Below are positions 45,338-56,788 of a DNA stretch of 64,000 nt, in pieces (the stretch's first letter is position 1; each line of letters starts with the position of its first letter). Below the pieces are notes generated by a model. That model was not told the DNA's origin. It made no database searches and saw only the letters and a program-made list of their open reading frames with translations. A program made the position numbers and the translations under genes. Source of the DNA: Eledone cirrhosa (taxonomy: Eukaryota); NCBI GenBank assembly GCA_964016885.1, contig OZ024743.1:25172001-25236000 (forward strand). Direction: 5' to 3'.

Positions 45338-47934
45338 CACCATGTAACAAAAACATTTTTTTCTCTGTTCCTGGCTTGTAATCATTTTTTTGTGTTGCTT
45401 AGGTCCCAAATAAATAAACAAAGTGCTATTAAACAGTTAAAAGTTGGGGTTTGTAAAGATTCTAAGCTATTCACTAGAATTATTTGTTGTATGTAAGTTT
45501 AATTTGCTTATGTTAAATGATTTTTTTATATATGTTTCAGGTTAAATTAAAATTATAAAATAAAGAGTAATACCTAAAGAAAATTATAAAAGTGCAATAA
45601 AGTATAAAATTGTTAAAAAGTGGATTAAAGAGATTTATTGATACTGGATTTTCGCACTCTGAATAAAGGGTAAGTTGTGTTTTAAGCACGAATTTTCATT
45701 AGTATGATTAGTGTTCTTTTATATTATTTAAATATGTATTTCCCTTTCCAATATTTATTTTGTATTGCATATCAAATTTATTTTGTATTTTAGGTTTCGA
45801 TCATGACATTAGACTTGTAATTAAAAATTTCTTTCATTGAACTGCACTGCAATTTGGTGCTAAATTTTAATTTTTGTTTTCAAAATTTGATGACTTGAGC
45901 CTGAATTATCCTACTTATTTTATACATGTATGTTCATTTAACATGTTTTTATTTATACTTTCAGATCTATAAGATCTATATTTTCTGACCTCATGTAATT
46001 CTATATTTTTAGAATGACTTCAAGAGGGTGCCGGCACCACCCTGACTATTTCTGTTTTATATGCGGTGAGTATATAATGAAGAGAGGCAAACAATTCTCC
46101 TTGGAAACGTCGGTGAAGGTTAGTGAAGCCTACTAGAAGTACTTCGGGATGCCAGTTGGGGATCAGGACAAGCCCTGGGCCACTCACTACTGTTGTGAGC
46201 ACTGTAAGAAGACGTTGGAAGGGTGGCTGCGAGATGAGAAAAGGTCCCTGAAATTTTCCAACCCACGGGTCTGATTAGAGCCACCAGCCCACGCCACAAA
46301 CTGATTTTTTTTTGCATGGTGGATGTTAGCAAGCGGCGGAAAGGAAAGAATGCTGCTGATGTAGATTATCCAGATATTCCATCATCAATTACTCCAATTC
46401 CTCACTGCTCCAAATATCCCGTGCTAGTGCCACGCGCTCCAGATTAAGTCCAAGACAAGTATTCTGATGAAGAGGAGGAGATGGATGCTGAGGACTTGGA
46501 TTACCTGCCGGAGGTACCAGAGAAAGTTCCTCACTTCCCAAACCAAAAAGAAGTCAATGACTTGGTCAGGGATATGGGTCTGACCAAGTCCAATGCAGAG
46601 CTATTCGTCTCCAGGATGAAGCAGTGGAACTTGGTCAAGGAGGAAGTGCAGGTGACAAGTCAGAGAAGTCGACACGAACCTTTCTCAAGCTTTTACACAC
46701 TTAGGGATCGCCTCTGCTTCTGCCATGACGTGCCTGGACTGTTTGACGTTATTGGGGTGCCGTTTGTGCCCAAGGAGTGGCGGTTATTTATAGACAGCTC
46801 CACCACAAGTTTGAAGGCTGTCCTCCTCCCGACACTTCCCCTAGCTCATTCAGTCTGCTTGAAGGAAAATTACTACAGTGTGAAAGTCCTCTTGGAAGTT
46901 CTGCAATACAACCAGTACAATTGGGAAATCATTGGAGACTTCAAGATGGTGGCGTTCCTGCTTGTACTCCAAGGAGGCTTTATCAAATTCCAATGCTTCC
47001 TCTGCCTTTGGGACAGCAGAGCCACCTCTGACCACTACAAAAGAAAGAATTGGGAGCAACGAACAGAATTTGTAGTTGGGACCCGGAACGTCATGTGGGA
47101 GCCACTGATTGATCCCAGGATTGTGCTCATGCCGCCACTGCACATTTTGAAGGGGTTGATGAAGCAGTTTGTGAAGGCTCTCCACCAAGAATCAGCCGCT
47201 TTTAAGTACCTTCTTGAGTTCTTCCCCAAGTTATCTGAGGCCAAAATCAAAGGTGGAATTTTTGTTGGACCTCAGATAAAGAAGGTGTTTGAGTCTACCG
47301 AGTTCTCCAATAAGCTCAATAGGATTGAGAGAACAGCATGGAACTGTGTCAAGGCAGTTGTTAAGGGCTTCCTGGGCAACTACAGAGCTGTAAACTACCA
47401 GCAACTGGTGCAGGATCTGATAAAGGCTTTTGGCGCCATGGGATGCAGGATGTCGCTTAAACTCCATATGCTGGACGCTCACCTGGAAAAATTCAAGGAA
47501 AATATGGGCGCTTACTCAGAAGAACAAGGCGAACGATTCCACCAAGATGTGAAAGAGATAGAGGGGAAGTACCAGGGCCACTACAATGAAAAAATAATGG
47601 GGGACTATTTCTGGGAGTTAGTGCGGGAATGCGACCTGGACTACACCCGCAAATCCAGGAAATCCAGTCATTTCTGACGCGTATAAGTTGCTTTATAAGT
47701 GTTATTTCTTTTTACTTGTTTGCTTTTGATAAGCTTGATTTAATTATATGAACTGATAAATTTTAAAAAAAATGTGTTTTTATTGAAAATATGAACATTT
47801 CTAAATATCAAACTCCTGACCACAAACCCAAACTTCTGATTAAATAATAGTGTTTTTAAAAAAAATAATAATATGATATAACAAACCACGAAATGACACT
47901 TAGAACCGGGGAACAAAAAAAATGTTACACGGTG
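45338..47934 (+). mobile_element. Chapaev3-type (CMC) DNA transposon, full length, inactivated
   Basis: TIRs CACCATGTAACA.../...TGTTACACGGTG; 3-bp TAA duplication at 45335-37 and 47935-37; transposase inside. Confidence 0.85.
46014..47677 (+). pseudogene. Chapaev3-like transposase pseudogene
   Basis: N-terminal MTSRGCRHHPDYFCFICG...DQDKPW..H.CC..C zinc finger; core LFIDSS, GDFK, CFLCLWDSR, PPLH, MSLKLH, SEEQGERFHQD. In-frame stops, a frameshift in the T-run at about 46305-46313 and a short deletion after LKAVLL. Confidence 0.85.
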
Positions 47935-48003
47935 TAATGAAACATGTGTAATATGTTATCAAATATGTTATGATGCAACACTGAATCCTTGTTCCTTTAT
48001 TCT

Positions 48004-48069
<66 letters not shown>

Positions 48070-49381
48070 GAGCTTCGTTGGTTCATCGGATGATTGTTCC
48101 AGCTGTTTGACCAACAGCAGAGATGGCCCAAGATATGAATATTCAGGTGAATGAGCATTCCACGGACACGTCCACCTTTAATATAATTCTCATGTAGATT
48201 GAGTGTGAAAATATGTAGGACAAGGCAAGTGATTTATTTTACAGGTTCAATTCATTTTCGTTAGAAGAATGGATTAACTCAATTGCACAAGGCACCGACA
48301 GGAATCGAACTCAATATTTAAGTCCCATACGCCTAACACCCTATCCACTAAGCCACATGAATTCACATATATACATGTATAAGCATCTCTATACATATAT
48401 ACAATAACGTTCCAACTACATCGAAAATTTTCCCATTGTTAACGTGCTTCAATGATTTTTATAATTTCTTCCATATATAAATTCAAAATGGTTTCATTTA
48501 TTACATTGATTGCTAGAAAATCGGGAAGATGTGAAACTAATACTCGCAAACTAAGTAATTTTGGCTTAAAATGAAATTTATTACCTACTCTAATTCCTTG
48601 TACAGAGCTTTTTACATCTCTATAACTAACGTTGTTCTGCATTCCCACCCACAACCACTTTCTCTCTCTCTCTCTCTCTCTCCCTCTCTCTCTCTCTCTC
48701 CTTCTCTCTCCTCCTCTTTCCCCTCTCTCTCTACCTCCCTCTCCCTAATCTTCTCCCACTTTCTCTATCACCCTCTCCTACTCCTCCCTCTCTCTCCCCA
48801 CCTCTCTCTCCGCTCCCCACCCCCTCTCTCTCTCACTCTCTCTCTACTTCCCTCAACCTACTCCTCTCTCTCTCACTTCCCACCTCTCTCTCCCTCCTCC
48901 TCTCTCCCACTCTCTCTTCCCTCCTTTGTCTCTCCCTACCTCTCTCTCCCTCTTCCTCTCTCCCACTCTCTCTTCCCTCCTCTGTCTCTCCCTACCTCTC
49001 TCCCCCCACCCCGTTGCCTGTCCCTACCTCTCTCTCCCAGTATGCCTCTATTCCGAAGGCTGAAACTAGCAAAAGAACTATTAACCTTAAATACATCAAT
49101 TACCACAAAAGACATCTGCAACAGCAACAATAGTTAACCAGTATTTATTTACAAACTTACCTAAAATCTCCATCAAACAATGAGGCGCATGTAAGCAGTC
49201 ATTAGACCTGCTAGAAATAACAGCTAAATCGCCTTCAAACATTATGCTAGTATAAGAAACAAAAACTGACTCATTAGATATCTGGGTCATAGAAGTATTC
49301 CTGTAAAAATAAATATCATAACTCTACACAAGGGTCAAAATGGAGTTTAACCACCCACCCCTAAAAATATACATTATTAAT

Positions 49382-49490
49382 CAAATCCCGCCGAGGTTAA
49401 CTTTGTCTTTCATCCTTCCGGGGTCGATAGAATAAAGTACCAGTAATACATTGGGTATTTGCTGGCCTTGTGCCAAAAGTAGAAACAATG
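49382..49490 (+). mobile_element. 5'-truncated SINE (same family as 36082)
   Basis: caaatcccgccgaggttaactttgtctttcatccttccggggtcgatagaataaagtaccag. Confidence 0.75.
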
Positions 49491-49884
49491 ATTAATCCCA
49501 TCACCTTCACATTTCTATGTCCCATCCCTAACATCCGACTCCTTCGATGTTCTAACAAACACCTCTTTATGCAAATCACCCGCGTTGTCATTATCACTCG
49601 CTAGCGCAGGCTCGACCTATCACCACTACCATTATCACAATTTCGATTATTACCATCTAACATCACAGCCATTACTATCAGTCACTGTAGGCTGCTTATC
49701 AAAAGTAACTCACTCCAACCAGTGGAAACTATTGCCTATTAGCAGTGTTTTATGATGAAGCCACTATATGGATGCTTGATATGCTAGAAAATGCAGGCAA
49801 ATCAATTACTATCATACTATCTTCACTGATGGAAGGATTCTTGGGATAATCCTGTCTTATAGAAACAATTAAATCTACATATAT

Positions 49885-49929
<45 letters not shown>

Positions 49930-50019
49930 CACACACACACGCACACACACATATATACACTCATACATATGTGTATATGATTGTTCGTAATTTATGTTCA
50001 TATAATTGTTATAGGTATG

Positions 50020-50085
<66 letters not shown>

Positions 50086-50124
50086 ATATTAACAAATGGA
50101 AACTATATTTATAAAACCATATTT

Positions 50125-50188
50125 ATTTCATTATACATATTTCAAGTGCCACCGGAGCAAACTATGGTGCGCTTTCATCAGATAAAAT
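50125..50188 (-). ncRNA. type I hammerhead ribozyme motif (PLE-type)
   Basis: Minus strand: AUUUUAU-CUGAUGA-AAGCGCACC...GGUGGCACUU-GAAA-UAUGUA-UA-AUGAAAU. 7-bp stem I with one GU pair; resembles the 31957 motif. Confidence 0.75.
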
Positions 50189-50262
50189 ATAAAATAGGTT
50201 AGTTGTATAAATAAATATTGACATACCCTTAAAAAATGCAACCATTCTGGTTGGAATCTCCT

Positions 50263-50304
<42 letters not shown>

Positions 50305-50312
<8 letters not shown>

Positions 50313-50821
50313 ATACTTTGGGAGGGTCATGTTGCCAATAAGAAACACACGCACCAGTTGCTTTCACTTCAATTTATTATATATTTATAAATTTATAAAT
50401 TTACAAATTTACAAACTTATAAATTTCTGGTTGGTTGGTTGGTTCCACAACCAGATAGTTGTTTATATATAGTCATAGTCCTTTCGTCACACACTCTGTG
50501 ACCTCTTCAGTAGGATAGAAGAAAGGAAAGGCACAGAAACGAAGAAAGGAATCCCCAGTCACTGAAGAGGTCACAGAGTGTGTGACGAAAGGACTATGAC
50601 TATATATAAACAACTATCTGGTTGTGGAACCAACCAACCAACCAGAAATTTATAAGTTTGTAAATTTGTAAATTTATAAATTTATAAATATATAATAAAT
50701 TGAAGTGAAAGCAACTGGTGCGTGTGTTTCTTATTGGCAACATGACCCTCCCAAAGTATAACAATATCGGTTTCAACACACGATTTCAGATAAAGAATCT
50801 TGCTAAACAAATTCAGAAACG

Positions 50822-50907
<86 letters not shown>

Positions 50908-51004
50908 CGTTTCTGAATTTGTTTAGCAAGATTCTTTATCTGAAATCGTGTGTTGAAACCGATATTGTTATACTTTGGGAGGGTCATGTTGCCAATAAGA
51001 AACA
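50305..51004. repeat. double fold-back PLE-like module
   Basis: Perfect 207-bp arms 50305-50511/50561-50767, plus a second perfect IR 50725-50827/50901-51004 around a (TA)n core. Confidence 0.92.
50557..50601 (+). ncRNA. minimal type I hammerhead ribozyme motif
   Basis: AGUCA-CUGAAGA-G-GUCACA(GAGUG)UGUGAC-GAAA-GGAC-UA-UGACU. 5-bp stem I, 6-bp stem II, minimal stem III; predicted cleavage after 50596. Confidence 0.8.
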
Positions 51005-51059
51005 TACACATATATATTAGGTGTATATATAATATATATATATTATATATACACCTAAA

Positions 51060-51250
51060 GGGCGGTGGACTGGCAGTATCGGTAGAGAGTCGGACACCAT
51101 GCTTTGAAGCATAGAGTTACGTCCCTTTATGATCTGAGTTCAAATCCCGCCGAGGTTAACTTTGCCTTTCATCCTTACGGGGTCGATAAAATAAAGTACC
51201 AGTAATGTATTGGTTAATTGCTGGCCTTGTGCCTAAAATAGAAACAATTA
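51060..51250 (+). mobile_element. full-length tRNA-derived SINE
   Basis: A box tggcagtatcgg, B box gagttcaaatcc, Nin/Deu-like domain and 3' tail. Confidence 0.8.
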
Positions 51251-52845
51251 TATGTACACCTAAACACATGAAATATTTTACTTACAAATATATGCGCACA
51301 TCATAATATCTACGCTCGTGCTTGTTTATACATGTATATATATACAGATGAGAGTTTCTAACATGCACTTGTGTTAGTGTCTTTGTACATACATGATTTC
51401 GTATGTACGTATATGGCTGACTGAATACACACGTGCTTTTTCTAAAAATGAATTTTCCCTTTCACCCTCTTCTCACTCTCTATTTTTATATTTCGTCTTT
51501 TGTTTTGTCATTCTAACTTCCGATGATGCACTAGTATCCGAAACGTATAGAATTTCCGTACTATATCAAGCGTTCAGCTAATATATTTCTTCATTGTACT
51601 GTGTCGTTTGCTTTTTTTAAAATTTCTGTTTACTTTTAACCCCCCCCCCCACACACATATATATATATATGTATATATTATATGTTCATGTGTATGTATG
51701 TATATTTGTACGTATACATGTATGTATGTATGTATGTATGTATGTATGTATGTATGTATGTATGTATGTATGCATGCATGTATGTATGTATGTATGTATG
51801 TATGTATGTATGTATTGTCAAGGCAGAATTCTAGGAGAAGGAAAACTCTGATATAACACCTGCAACTCTGATGGTATCCAATGATGTTGACATGTTCTTC
51901 TTTTTTGGTAAATATCATCTTGGTTAAGAGAGTGGGACTGGCTTTGTGCTGTGCCTTTGCTCACTATAAAAGCTTCACGGCACAGGCATTGCTTTATATC
52001 TGGAGATCTCTCTACACTTGTCGTCACATGGTACCATGGGCCCATCACTATGTGTCAATAATTGCCACAAGTGTAGTGTTTGTACCAGAGTTTTCAAGTG
52101 GCTGGCTGGACTAAAATTCACACTCATTCAGCGCATCGGTAGGGGTTCTCCTACATGGATATAAAGTAGTGGCCGTACTCGAAAACGAGTTGGCAGCCAC
52201 CACCATGTATGTATGTATGTATGTATGTATGTATGTATGTATGTATGTATGTATGTATGTATGTATGTATGCATGCATGCATGCATGCATGTATGTATGT
52301 ATGTATGTATGTACGTACGGACGTATGTATGTATACATGTACGTATGTATGAGTATATATATAAATATCTCTCTCTATATATATGTACGCATATATTCAT
52401 GAATGTATGAGTGTGTCTGATTTTTATCACATATTCGTTACTACGGAGTGAACGACTGTTTAACAATAACGTCTTAGGATTGGAGTTTGGATAAAGATCC
52501 AGTTAGAAATGTCAGTGAAGCGATGAAGATGGCCTAAAGGACATTGTGCTATGGCTAATTTATTCCCTTCGATGGTCGAAATAGGGTGCAGGACAAAAAG
52601 CAATTAAGGCCACAAAAGACATAGAGACGGGACGGCAAGAAAACACCGGAAACCCCAAAGAGTCAGGGATCGAACATCGTGAGGGTGGTAGTTTATGGCT
52701 GAGTGACAGGGAATAACAAAAAAGACATTCCGAGATGTGGGTAGCGGTTGGTAGTTGGGAGGGAGAGTGGTTTGGTTAAATAAGGAGCTAAGCAATAAAA
52801 CTCCGCTTGAACTTCAGTACTTGTTTATGTATGTATATATGTATG

Positions 52846-52879
<34 letters not shown>

Positions 52880-52899
52880 TGTATGTATGTATGTATGTA

Positions 52900-52960
<61 letters not shown>

Positions 52961-53258
52961 GTATGTATGTATGTATGTATGTATGTATGTATGTATGTAT
53001 GTATGTATGTATGTATGTATGTATGTGTGTGTGTATGTGTATGTATGTATGTATGTATGTATGTATGTATGTGTGTGTGTGTATGTATGTATGTATGTAT
53101 GTTATCTCTTTCTCTTAATTTCGAGTATATTTTTTTGACCGGCCACCTTCCTGGTGGCAAGGTTGTAAAAGAAAAGAAATTGTCATCCCTTGAATCGCAA
53201 GAATGTTTTGCAAATTTTATATGTATGTGTGTATGTATGTATGTATGTATATATTTAT

Positions 53259-53298
<40 letters not shown>

Positions 53299-54118
53299 AC
53301 CATTAATTCATCCCCTTATATGTGGTAAAAGTCGACCCTAGGATTTCACGGAAAACAGGTAAACATTTGTAAGTCAAAGTATCTTCCTGTACATAGAAAT
53401 AGCACTGTTACAAAATCTTCGTAAATATAAGACAAATTTATATTATTTCAAATATTTGGCTGAAACTAAAAATATACCAACACGTGTGCCTACCTTACTG
53501 TAGGCTGCCCTATACTTTCAAAGCTTGGTACATATAGCGGAATGCTTAGTGATTATAGTAAAACATCATGAAATAGCGAACAATACACATCTATTGGTGG
53601 GTGTTACATCACGATTACTAAGATATATGCACAAGATGTACTGCAAGCGTGCAACGTTTATATATTCCCCATTTCCAAAGATAATAAACATATGCGTCAG
53701 CACTCGTCTCATTGTCTTACAGTAGTTATGAGATATAAATTGATTACACGAAGCTAGTCTGTTAAGTTTTCTGGGTACGAGTAAAAGAGCAAGTATAAAT
53801 ATTTATAAGAGCTACTTGGCTTTTTTTATGGATAACGTGTGTTTTTAAAGCATAGAATCAGTAATATTACTGTAGTCCATTGAGATTTTGTTTTTATTCG
53901 CTTAGAGGGCAGTTGGGCTTCTGCCACTGATATGTTACCGTGGATTCTAGCTTAAGTAGTATTCATGTAATAGTGCATCCCATAAATTTAACCTTGAAAT
54001 GGCCTAAAAGTTCGACAATTCGATGTTTACACGAGTATATATATATATATGTATATATTAGAAAGTGAGGTCTTTTTACAAAATGAAAAAAAACCGAGGT
54101 GTCCTACACGTTTGAAAG

Positions 54119-54379
54119 TATAAGGAAAAAAGATGAAATTGAAAATGCAACAGGAGTCTTTTTTTTTTTAAATATATATTTATTTGGTTCCTTTACCGGT
54201 TTCGCAGTTCTTCTGCTTTTAAAAAGTAGAATTGAGATTGAGGGTTTGTGGTTTTTCTCAAACCCTCCATCTCAATTCTACTTTTGAAAAGCAGAAGAAC
54301 TGCGAAATCGGTAAAGGAACCAAATAAATATATATTTAAAAAAAAAGACTCCAGTTGCATTTTCAATTTCATCTTTTTT

Positions 54380-54386
<7 letters not shown>
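54119..54386. repeat. fold-back inverted repeat with a degenerate hammerhead in each arm
   Basis: Arms of about 130 bp (54119-54248/54259-54386), 10-nt loop, abuts (TA)n. Confidence 0.88.
54281..54317 (+). ncRNA. degenerate hammerhead motif (present in both arms of an inverted repeat)
   Basis: CUU-UUGAAAA (core with 2 changes)-GCAG(AAGAA)CUGC-GAAA-UCGG-UA-AAG. The opposite arm reads GAAACCGGUA with palindrome ACCGGU. Confidence 0.5.
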
Positions 54387-54451
<65 letters not shown>

Positions 54452-54569
54452 ATAATAAAAAATGTGAAGACTAAAATTCAAAGAGGGTTCGATAAGAGTA
54501 AATATATATAAAATATATATGAACCCTAGAGCAAATATTTATATAAAATAACAGATTAAAGTTTAAGCA

Positions 54570-54638
54570 AAGAATCGGTGCTTTCACCCCTAACGGGATC
54601 TTCTGAAGATCCCGTTAAGGGTGAAAGCAGCGATTCTT
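54570..54638. repeat. hairpin centred on a hammerhead-like core
   Basis: 34-bp arms around T54604. Plus strand reads CTGAAGA-TCCCGTTAAGGGT-GAAA. Same family as 3269-3332. Confidence 0.75.
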
Positions 54639-54650
54639 ATATATATATGC

Positions 54651-54699
<49 letters not shown>

Positions 54700-55751
54700 A
54701 TTTGTAACTATGTGTTTTGGATTATTCTGTGTGTGAGTGTGCAATATATATAATTGTTGAGTCTCCCAATCTATTTAATAAGTATTTAAAATATATGAAT
54801 TAAGTTAATCATTTCTTACAATGAAAGATCACAGTTTGCACTTTAGAAGGATAACCGTCAAATAATCTAAATACTACACAAGCAGTGTAGATCAGAGTGC
54901 ATAACAGTAAAGAGGACTTTGATATAACAATGTGTATGTCGCTGAATCTTGTTAGATCGATGAAAATTTACTTTATCTAGAAATATGCTGGTGCCACAAT
55001 AACGCAAAATAATCTTTGATTAAGACTTACTCTAGATATTGCTCTTAGTAGCTCTGGAATTGTTGTAGGTTGTTTTGGATTTTACCCAAATACTTGATTG
55101 AAAAATGTATTGTGTTCTACCACAAAAGTTAGAAGTGACAAGGGCAGGACATATAACCGAAATTCGTATTTTCAATCGGTAAATATCAATATACTCACCG
55201 GGACGATAAATGGAAGATACATTTCCTCTACTTGCAGAATAAGCTAAAACTAATTCAGTAAAGGAATTGCAATGCTGGTTATATTATAAAACTCCTGCAT
55301 CAAGAGAAAGGTTCGATTTAGTATCACAATCTGGAAACAAAATATCACTATCCAAACGTATTCAGAATTCAAAGGAGAGAGAAAGCAATATAACCATCAA
55401 TTGAATTTTAGACAGATAATTATAAACATATCACCAGCATTTAGGAACATATCTAAGTTCTGTAGAAATTTGCTTACAGAAATGATTCATTACCTTCTCC
55501 ACTCCATATCACTATAGAACAATATAATTCGAGTTTATCCTAGCATGTCGTCGTATGCCAAAGTTCTTTCTCGTTAATTTAACAGCAGAAACACATATTA
55601 ATGGTACCTTAAAAATATTTACATCATCGATCACCTGACCGATCAGAGGTGTTCATTACTATTAAATATTTATTTCTATTATTTGAACGTCAGTTATGGA
55701 TACGATTGATTGTCAAGTCAGTGACATGAATTAATCGTATTTACCAACACG

Positions 55752-55898
<147 letters not shown>

Positions 55899-56176
55899 AG
55901 CTCTGCATATTTATATTTATATCTGGTATGTGTGAGGTAGCAAGGTTGATATCTCAGACCTGATGAACTAAAGTATTCCTAGCAGAGCATGGGTATACAT
56001 ATTCGACGACGTAATCTCGTACCTCCTCAGATTTAGGATGGGGTACAGGCTCCTTACTGCAGAGTTGACAAAGGAATTGAGAAAAAGGAGACAATAAATC
56101 CATGTGTGTTGCATGAGAGTAATAATATTTAAGATAGAATTGAGAAACAGTGGTATAGTATACGGAGTATATAATT

Positions 56177-56325
56177 TAATTGTTTCTTCTTTCGGCACAA
56201 GGCCAGCAAATTACCCAGTGCATTACTGGTACTTTATTTTATCGACCTCGTAAGGATGAAAGGCAAAGTTAACCTCGACGGGATTTAAACTCAGAATGAC
56301 AAGGGCCGTAACTCTATGCGTCATG
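56177..56325 (-). mobile_element. tRNA-derived SINE (reverse orientation)
   Basis: Reverse complement of the 36082/51060 family. Confidence 0.75.
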
Positions 56326-56508
56326 AATGTTGTCGATAGCAACTGAGATGTTTAGAAAACTGACAGAGGTATCGAATAGAGAGGAAGTGAATTCTAGTGA
56401 TATGTAAAAAGGGTTGATTTAGTAACTAAAGCAGTTTGGTCCATCTTTGAGAACGGAAGCAACAGGGTTGCAATCTTCAAAATAGCAACTATACACTAAT
56501 ATAATCTT

Positions 56509-56604
<96 letters not shown>

Positions 56605-56621
56605 GTGTCTGTGTGTGTGTG

Positions 56622-56696
56622 TCAACTGGAGATGGTTGCTTCTGACAGGACCTGCTGGAAGGAGTGCTTGAAGACTCTTCCCCCAAGACCCTCTCG

Positions 56697-56728
<32 letters not shown>

Positions 56729-56788
56729 AAGAAGAAGAAGAAGAAGAAGAAGAAGAAGAAGAAGAAGAAGAAGAAGAAGAAGAAGAAG
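56622..56788 (+). mobile_element. very short RTE LINE 3' end with (GAA)n tail
   Basis: QLEMVASDRTCWKECLKTLPPRPSR* plus (GAA)n; same family as 21493-21880. Confidence 0.78.

Noticed and set aside
46481-47677. Intact 398-aa host or domesticated gene
   Set aside because: It is the C-terminal part of a transposase whose N-terminus has stops and a frameshift, and it retains TIRs and a TSD.
51510-51555. CCGATGA...GAAACGTA hammerhead-like remnant
   Set aside because: The core is mutated and stem I is out of register; possibly a decayed copy but not supportable.
52520-52590. ATGAAGATGGCC...GGTCGAAA long-stem-II-like string
   Set aside because: No stem I or cleavage triplet is recognisable.
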